Source: Schmidtea polychroa (lineage: Eukaryota). Taken from it: DNA of 64,000 nucleotides. Location of the stretch: assembly GCA_044892525.1 (NCBI GenBank), contig CM097885.1, positions 237,958,001-238,022,000 of the forward strand, written 5' to 3'. Both the position numbers and the translations under genes were made by a program. The notes under the pieces are model-generated. The model saw nothing but the letters and a program-made list of their open reading frames with translations, was not told the DNA's origin and made no database searches. Below are positions 55,743 to 64,000 of this stretch, piece after piece (positions within the stretch are counted from its first letter, which is position 1; every line of letters starts with the position of its first letter).

Positions 55743-55975
55743 CCCTACACTGCATATTGTATCACTGGTGATACACAATTATCTTATTAGAATAAAAACT
55801 GTCTCGCTCTTGTTCTCGGTAAATGTTCAGTTTAAGTGAAAGTGTACAAAGTACTTAGACAACAATCAGTTATACGTTTTGAATTTTTTATATAAAAAGC
55901 GTTAGTTGAGTTAAATTTGTTTAATAATATACTACATTTTTTCCTATCAAATATAAAAAGTCATGCAGTGTAGGG
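55743..55975. mobile_element. piggyBac-type MITE
   Basis: TTAA TSD and perfect 13-bp TIR CCCTACACTGCAT. Confidence 0.88.
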
Positions 55976-56814
55976 TTAAATGAAATTGAATTAATAATTA
56001 ATTGTTATTAATTTTGCTTATTTATTATATAATATTATTATTTTATATGTTGTCAGCTAACAGTATTAATTTTAAAATTTAGGATATTTTTTAAGGAAAT
56101 TTAATTTTGCAAAATTTCAAAATTATTTCTAAAAGTTTGATATGAAAAAATATTTCAAACATGGCTTATCCCAAATTTATTTGGAATGAAAGTAAAATAA
56201 TTACCTCATTTTCCAACTCCATTTTAATATAAATTTCATTCGAGTGTTGACATATTTCTACAATTGTAAAATTAAAATCATCAAATGTTTTTTCTATGCA
56301 AATGTATAATAGCGTATAAAGGTAGAATTTTATTACTTTCGGCTTATTAGATAGCAATGTATTTCCCAACAAATGCTACTAAATATGCCCGCGCCTAAAT
56401 GTCAAAATTGTAATTGAAAATCCCTAAAAGAAATTTTATTCCTATCAATAAATAAAAAAACTGATGCATTTACTTTGGGAAATTGTTCTATAATTATAAT
56501 TAGCGCATTTATTTTGCTAAATATTGTTTTTATCTATTTTTATTTTATTTATTACATATTAATTATATTTAATTATATTTAAATACTTAATTGATTCATA
56601 GTCAATATTTTAGTAAATACAATGTCAATTGGAAATAAATCAGAGGTGAAAATTGAAAAAAGCTCTTATAATATTAAAATTTACTGGCTGAAATTTATAA
56701 TAAAATAAAAACTGAATAAAATAGTTTTAAATTTAGGCATAAGCAAATTTTTGTTTTTAAAATCCCATCCCATTATTAACAATAACAATTAATGATAATA
56801 TATAATTAATTATA

Positions 56815-57822
56815 CAGTCATATCTCAATATAACGATGCTTTTCTATAACAATTAAAATGATTACATTTTGGATTCCAATAAAGGAATTCAAGTGTAAAA
56901 GAATTGTTTTTTTTTATATTGACAGATTTTGAGGCGTGGGGAGAATTCAAGAACTCCTTAGACATCTTTGTTAATACAATAAAAGTTAATAATTCATTTT
57001 TAATTTGCCAGAAGTAAAATCCACATTATTGCGATATCTGATTGCGATAAGAACGGTTATTCTTATTATATGTTTATATTTAGAACTGTTATTGACAAGT
57101 AAAAGGTAAAGAATTCATAGCACAATCGGGAAAACTGTAATTTTTGAATTCGATACACATGAAATGAATGTCAAAGATATCACAGAAAGACACAAACTAT
57201 CCCAAAGAACTGTACCAACGATACTTAAGAATAAAGATAAGATTGTAGAATACACAGGAATTAATCTAAAATGAATCGGGCAATTTAAGTTTAAAAAAAC
57301 ATGCTAATTTATAAAAGGTATTATACGAATGGATGAAACAGTATGACCTCCAAACTTTTCCCTTGTAACAGGAAACGAGATACGGTAAAAGGCTATAGAA
57401 ACATCTGAAATTTGGAGTTTATATCATCACATGGTTGGTTTTGAGTATGTATTAAAAGATATAACATTAAAAGTATAATATATGTGGTGATACAAGGGTG
57501 TGTTAATGAAGTTTCCATTGATGAGTAGCTTCGAAATAATATCATTACACTTTTCAAAGAATATAATCTTTCAGTGATCTATAAAATATAGACGAGACTG
57601 CGTTACTTCATGAAATTTTACCAGAACTTAGTTATGTCAAGGAGAAAGAAAAATCATTTGGTGGAAAAAAGAAGATGCTACAAAAATAAAAAAATACTTC
57701 TTTTCTACATGAATAGTATCTAAAAATTTATTTTTAAAAAACAATAGTGAATTTTTATAATAAATTCTTATAACGATGCAATTTATCAAGTGGGAAACAA
57801 ATCGTATATTGAGATATGATCG
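56815..57822 (+). mobile_element. Internally deleted pogo/Tigger-like DNA transposon
   Basis: TA-CAGTCATATCTCAATATAACGAT ... ATCGTATATTGAGATATGATCG-TA. Decayed CENP-B-type fragments KDITERHKLSQRTVPTILKNKDKI, LYEWMKQ, KRYNIKSIIICGD and DETALLHEILP. Confidence 0.8.
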
Positions 57823-58350
57823 TAATATACTATTTACAATAATAAGTAACTATAAAGTTATAATCAAATTTATGTTGTTATTACTGTGGTGTTATTATTA
57901 CCGATATTTTTGTTAGGCATCTCCCCTTTTTATATTTTCGTTTTTGACTGATAATTGAATGACAATTACTGAATTAAATTATTCATAAATTCTAAACAGT
58001 CAGTTTAAAAATAGCTTACTATTGAGATTACAAATTAAAAAAAACTTGTCCATGAATGAAATGTTAAACAATATGAAAGAAGATATGATTAATGAGTGAT
58101 GAAAATTCTATGGACACTCCAAATTCGGTGATATATTTTTATTTGTTTTAACTGTTAGCTAAATAATAATCGTACGGAGTTGTTTCTTGTTTTAATTTTT
58201 ATATATTTATTTTTTTTAATACATTAATATATGAGCACCCTGACTGTCCCAATACAGTCTTTTTTATCGGTTTCAGGCATACTTCTTTTGATACAGAAGT
58301 ACGTACAACCGAAATTAAAGAAGTAATTATAATCAAATAATTTGTTTTAG

Positions 58351-58538
58351 TAATACATGTGGTAATGCTATAATTTCTTCGCCCTCTCATTTGCTTACAA
58401 ATAATCAGCAAAACATTGACTCGATGTGGCAACAGTCTTTGATCAACAGTTCGCTTTCGCATTCAGATTTATTTGGGACCTCAATATTACCTACTAACAA
58501 CCTAGTAAACATGACCTCTCCACTTGCTGAAAGTCTGG
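58351..58538 (+). CDS. elav: Putative further ELAV hinge exon
   Basis: TTTGTTTTAG acceptor, phase 2 matching the 30371 donor. 62 open codons NTCGNAIISSPSHLLTNNQQNIDSMWQQSLINSSLSHSDLFGTSILPTNNLVNMTSPLAESL-G, then G|GTATGT donor. Higher GC than flanks. No conserved domain. Confidence 0.55.
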
Positions 58539-61500
58539 GTATGTAGTGGTTTATTTTAAAATATTTTTTCAAATAATAATAATATTTCTTATTATTCTTT
58601 TTTCATAAATATTTTATTAAGTCTAGAAATTTGAAGATAATTATTTTAATTAATTATTATTATCAAATTATAAACAGAAATATTTAAAGCCATCATTTAA
58701 ACAAATGTCTTTTATTTCATTATATATCATTTGATAATGAGAATTTTATTTTCATATAATATTGAAATAAAAATCTGTTGTTGTCGATTAAAATTAAAAG
58801 TAATAGTAAATTTTAATTTGAGATGCAGATATCTGGTTGAAATATCTAGTGAAATAGTATAATTAGAATATGAACAAATCAGAGTAGACATCAACTTTTG
58901 ATTAATATAAAATCTGAGTTAAACTAGGAATAAAAAAAGATAAATCAGGAAATTTATAGAATTATAAATTAGTATTAGTTAAACTCCATGACGACATGGC
59001 ATCTTTACTAATTTCTCTACTTTAAGAAATATACTTATGCAGGTATGGCGGATAACGGTTTGGAATTGGTATGTATTTTCTTGTTGATTACAGGTGTCAA
59101 CAAGGCATCCTGGCCCATAAACAAATGCTTACATTCTTGGATTTTTGTAATAAATAAAATTATCTTAAATGGATGATTGTATCGTATTTTTCAAGGAAAG
59201 ATGAGAACGTATTTTGAGATTTATTTGGGTGTCTATCATTAAAAAGTGTAAAACGTCTGTTCAAGAGTAACAGGTAAAATCCAAATAATGTCTAGTGCTT
59301 GACTGATTTCTTATCCCTCGTCTAACACTGTTTGTCTCTATCTTGATATATTAACCCTTTCCAAATTGATATTTTGGATGACTTATTTGTAGATGATTGT
59401 TTCTAATATTCTTTTTTTGAATGATGTAGAGATATTTTCAAGCAAACTATAAAATTTGATTTTTTGCAAAATCTTTTTATAATTTTAGTTGAATTCCTTG
59501 AATGTTTATATAGTATGAATTGGAAATTAAATAGTATGCTTATAGAATTTTACATAAAATTGAACAGGAACAAAACGTTGATTTTGCGAAAGGATCAAGA
59601 ATAAAGTAGATCATGTAGAAATGGTTTGGCCATGAAATACATGGGAGGGTATATAGAGGATGGAGCAAATGTTTCTGTCAAAGTTATTAATCACATAAAT
59701 AATGGAACGATAATAGAGAGAGTAAACAAGAGATTACAATAATTTCGGCATTTAAAAAATGAGAAAAAATACATTAACAAAAGGAGAAATTGACAAATAT
59801 TGAGGAAAATTTGTAATAAAATTGAAGATCTTTGAGAAGTTGATTATTGTGAACACCGATATTTAACAAAAGGAAGATGATTCAATAATAGAATATTCTA
59901 AAAATTTCGAACGGTTTGTAAAAAATATGGCTAGGCATAATTTGATTGAAGGTGATCTAAAGCATTGTTTCTTAACCTGGGATTCCTGTGTTATTACTAT
60001 TATATAAAACACGCTCACGGTAAATATACGCCATTAATATAATACGTCATTAAAATCGTTTCCTGTCGTCGGTAATAAGTGTATATCATGCGTTCTGCAT
60101 AATTATTTTACTTGTTAGCTAATTTCAGCGTCATTTTTTTGCATATAAACGATAGTGCAGATACGTTCCGGCCCCTTTTTTCCAGAAAAAAAGCACTGTT
60201 TATTGAAGATTAGAAATCTAAGAAAAAATTGTAATGCTTGAAAATGATAAATTAAATTCAATGATTTTAAAAAAGATCAAGAATGCAAATTTTACTGAAA
60301 TTAAATGTGGAAGAATTAAGGAAATACGGCAATATTAAATGAAGGCCGCGCGTCGGATCATTGTATGGACGAAAGAAGCAATAAATTGGTATGTCGGATG
60401 ACCGGATGATTTTGACAATTGCATAAATTTTGTAAAATAAACATTTTATTGTTTATCTAACTGGTCAAAGTTGAAAGGATGAATATTTTATTTCAGTACA
60501 TTATGTAATAAATCTAATCTAAAATTATTTATTTGTGCTTTGATAAAATGTTTACTGATATTATTTATCATTTAAATTGTTATTGTTATTTAAATGACAA
60601 TTGATATCATTATTATTATGCATTTTTATATATTCATATTTATTTTATATTTATTTATATTTTCAGGAATGTATCAATTTAATTAACAACGTCAACATTA
60701 TTTTCTAATTTAAATAACTTTTAATAAATTATGTTTAGCCGACATGACAAAGTTGCCTTTGAAAGCATATTTTTAAACATTCCTTAAGATTGTTTAATAT
60801 TTCGTAATTTATTTTAGTCATTTTAGTCATTTTTAAAGCGAATGTGTTTAAAAATATATGTATATTATTATGTTATTTTTTTAAATTTATTATTGACATT
60901 TGACCACATCTCTGGCTTGCCTGTGTTACCCAAGGTTTTCCTCTTCTTTCAAAATGGTCTTATCTGACTGCAGTACGATAATTTTAATGTCTAATGCTCC
61001 AGTCGGTTGATTGTGTTTTCGATATGATTTTTGTAAATTTATAAGAGTATCATTTTGAAATATTCTAATAAATCTCGGACTTGTCATTGAAAATACAAAA
61101 AATATGATTAAATTTTGTTTATAATTCGCTAAAAAGATTAAAATATTTTTTTAAAGTTTTAAATATCATATTTTAATTAATTTTAATTGTCAGTTCTGTC
61201 AACAAGTTATATATTGCATAGTGCCAGACTCATTTAATAACGTACTAAAATTAGTTCGGACGGTTTGCTACGCGCACAAGTCAAAAAATTGTCAATGCAA
61301 GAAGTTAAATTTTATATGATGATATAAAGGAAAGATTTCAAATGTCATTTTTTGAGGATATAAAAACAATTAAAATTTTATAAGACAATAATCTACCTGT
61401 TGGGGCAGTAAAACAAAATTCCGGTGGACTGTATGTTTCAGAAAGTTAGAATAGAGATTAAATAGAAAATGAAGAATAAAAATAAATTTGAAAGTTTTTG

Positions 61501-61647
61501 AGAAAGTATTTATTTCTATGAAATTTTCCAAAACTATGACATCTCAATGAAATTGATCAGACTAAAGATTGAATAAAATAAAATTTGTATGATACTGTTA
61601 ATAAATTATAAACCAAAATAGGAAATAATAATTAAAATAGGAAAAAT

Positions 61648-61708
61648 TCAAGGTCACCGTGAAACAGATGAGTCAAGGTCACCATGAAACAGATGAGTCA
61701 AGGTCACC
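61648..61708 (+). repeat. 25-bp tandem repeat, about 2.4 copies (TCAAGGTCACCRTGAAACAGATGAG)
   Basis: Units start at 61648, 61673 and 61698. Confidence 0.85.
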
Positions 61709-62967
61709 ACAACGATTTCAATTAATTAAAAGCATACATCTAATAAGATTACTCTGGTTCTTTGTGTTTGTTGTATTTTATTTTATATATTTTTCGATAC
61801 ATCGCGTTGCAAAATATAAAAACTCTATTGTCTGATTATCTATGTGGATTTTAAGATGTTAATTACAACATTAAAAGTGGTAAAGTTGTTGTGATGCCAC
61901 ATTACTTCACGGCTGCAAACCTAAATCTGCTACATAGTTATATCTAACTCACATGGCTGTATATATGAGTTGTATTTAACTCGCGTAGCAAAGTGTTAAT
62001 TAAAATTTTGTCGAAAAATTTTTTAATTATTCAATTTATAATCAAAATTTAAAAATTTATTAAGCCTCATTTATTGTAAAAAATATATTTATATTTTGAA
62101 AATGAAAACTATTCAAACTCATTAATTTCTGTCTTTGTTCCAAAAGTTCTAATTTCAAAAAAAATTTAAATTGGTGTATCTGTTTTAGGAAGTGTATTTT
62201 ACCGCTTGTTTGTATTTCTTATTATAAAATTGCATGTGTATGTTTCAATTATTTTTCTACCTATTCTTGAAACCTATAATAAGTTGGTAGGTGTAACTGC
62301 TAATGAATTTTCACTACACAAGTAATTTTGTATGTTTCTTTTAATATAATTTAATGTCTATTTTTTATATTATAGGTGGTTTTTATCAAATGCAAATGTT
62401 CACTGTGATATTTGTAATATTTTTATGAAGTAAAATTGACATTATGAGACATCCTTTATTAAATTATAATTCTTGTCCATCAAGAACTGTCAAAGGATTT
62501 TGCAAGGTTTTTTTTAGGATAACAGCTCAGAGGTAAGGTTGCTTTTCATATATAATGTAGTAGCAATGTTTTGTAAAACAGTGGGGAGAAAAGGAAGATG
62601 ACAAAAATACTGTTATGGATGTTGATATATTAAAATTAATTTATAATTCAATTTAAAAGAAAGAATGGATATGCATTATCTAGCACTCTCTGCACGCAGT
62701 TTTTTAAGAAAAATGTTAGATCAAAACAATCTTAAACTCGGTGTTCATTGGGAGAGAAAAGGCTTTGAATGCATATTTAAATTTGATAATAAAATAAAAT
62801 TATTCGATGCTGGAATTTTTTGATGAGGTTACATATGTAAAAAATATGTTGACTATGAGGAAGTTGAAAGATTCTTAAAGATTAATTAGAAATTTTGTTA
62901 AAATTTAAAATATATTTTTATTGAAAAATATTTTAAGAAAAGCTGAAATTTGTTAAAATAACATATG

Positions 62968-64000
62968 GTATAATGCATATTACCAAGTGGAGTTAGACGA
63001 AGAATCGCAAGAGAAAACCGCATTCTCAACAAAGAAAAGACAATACTGTTTCAATAGAATGCCGTTCGGAATTGCCGCTGCACCAGGTACGTTCCAGGAA
63101 ATGATGACAAAGGTAATAGGCAAAATAAATGGAGCAATGGTCTTTTTGGATGACATTCTGATTTATTCGAATAATAAAGAAAAACATTATACAATACTCA
63201 GTGAAGTATTAAAAGCGATCGATGAAGCAGGACTAAAGATTAACCCAGAAAAGTGTCAAATAATAAAGAAAGAAATCAGATTCTTAGGACATATAATCAG
63301 TAAAGAAGGAGTAAAAACTGATCCTTCTAAGATGCAGGCTATACAAAACTTTGGGAAGCCAAGTTGCGTAAAGAAACTTCGAAGCTTTCTAGGCATTTTC
63401 AATTATTATAGAAGACTCATCAGTGAGTATGCAAAGAAAGCAATGATGTTAGAACAATTATGTAGCGCTCCGAGTAACAAAAACCTGGAATGGACTGAAG
63501 GAACGAATAACGTATTCGAGGGAATGAAGTTAGCACTGACAACGGCACCGATCCTATGCTTTCCGGATCTGAGAAAGGAGTTCGTTTTAGATACTGATGC
63601 CAGTTTTGATACCATTGGAGCAGTGCTTTCGCAAAGAGATAAAGATGGAAAGGAGAGAGTAATTGCGTATGGATCACACTCGATGACGAGCCATGAAAAA
63701 GGATATTGCATTACAAGGAAGGAATTATTGGCGGTATACTATTTTTTATATTCATTTTAAGCACTGTCTCTACGGAAGGAGATTCACGCTAAGGATAGAC
63801 CACAAGGCGATCACGTTTATGATGACAACCAAGAAGCCAATTACTTCACAATTCCAAACCTGGATCAATTATTTGAGCAGTTTGGATATAATCTTTGAAT
63901 ATAGAAAGGGTGTTAATCACCAAAATGCTGACATGGTGTCCAGAACTAAATGTGAAACGTGTGTTCAATGTCAAATGGCTCACGAAGAAGCTAAGAAAGG
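62968..64000 (+). pseudogene. pol: 5'-truncated Gypsy pol fragment (RT-RNase H), relative of the 17018-20290 pol; runs off the window
   Basis: NAYYQVELDEESQEKTAFST..MPFGIAAAPGTFQE..FLDD..DTDASFDTIGAVLSQ. Frameshift near 63745, then HFKHCLYGRRFTLRIDHKAITF..CETCVQC. Confidence 0.92.

Noticed and set aside
58277..58298. 22-nt micro-exon upstream of the 58351 exon
   Set aside because: It would break the reading phase between 30371 and 58351.
62376..62430. Acceptor TATAG|GTGG as the start of the RRM3 exon
   Set aside because: No frame resembles RRM3, and the two frames examined, including the splice-compatible one, stop within about 20 codons.

Overview
Very AT-rich eukaryotic (metazoan) DNA with long introns and (AT)n/(AAT)n microsatellites. 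The composition suggests a planarian-type flatworm genome, but that is inference. The window spans most of one + strand spliced gene, an ELAV/Hu RNA-binding protein: RRM1, RRM2 and hinge exons are visible and no RRM3 exon was found. Its introns hold a near-complete but nonsense-mutated Ty3/Gypsy gag-pol with a clear -1 frameshift signal, further Gypsy remnants, hAT/piggyBac/pogo elements, Penelope-like remnants with minimal hammerhead motifs, and a decayed histone H2B copy. The standout feature is a 17.3-kb element (31956-49266) with no intact recognisable gene, AGTAGT-type termini and a perfect 6-bp TSD (Polinton/Maverick-like). It is inserted at the YLDD motif of an old Gypsy RT and has multi-kb modular inverted termini containing arrays of TCAAGGTCA. 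A later fold-back duplication made a ~13.9-kb quasi-palindrome that copied 69 bp of the element's own right flank into its interior. A 1.9-kb relative with different 37-bp tips sits in the intron after the first RRM1 exon.
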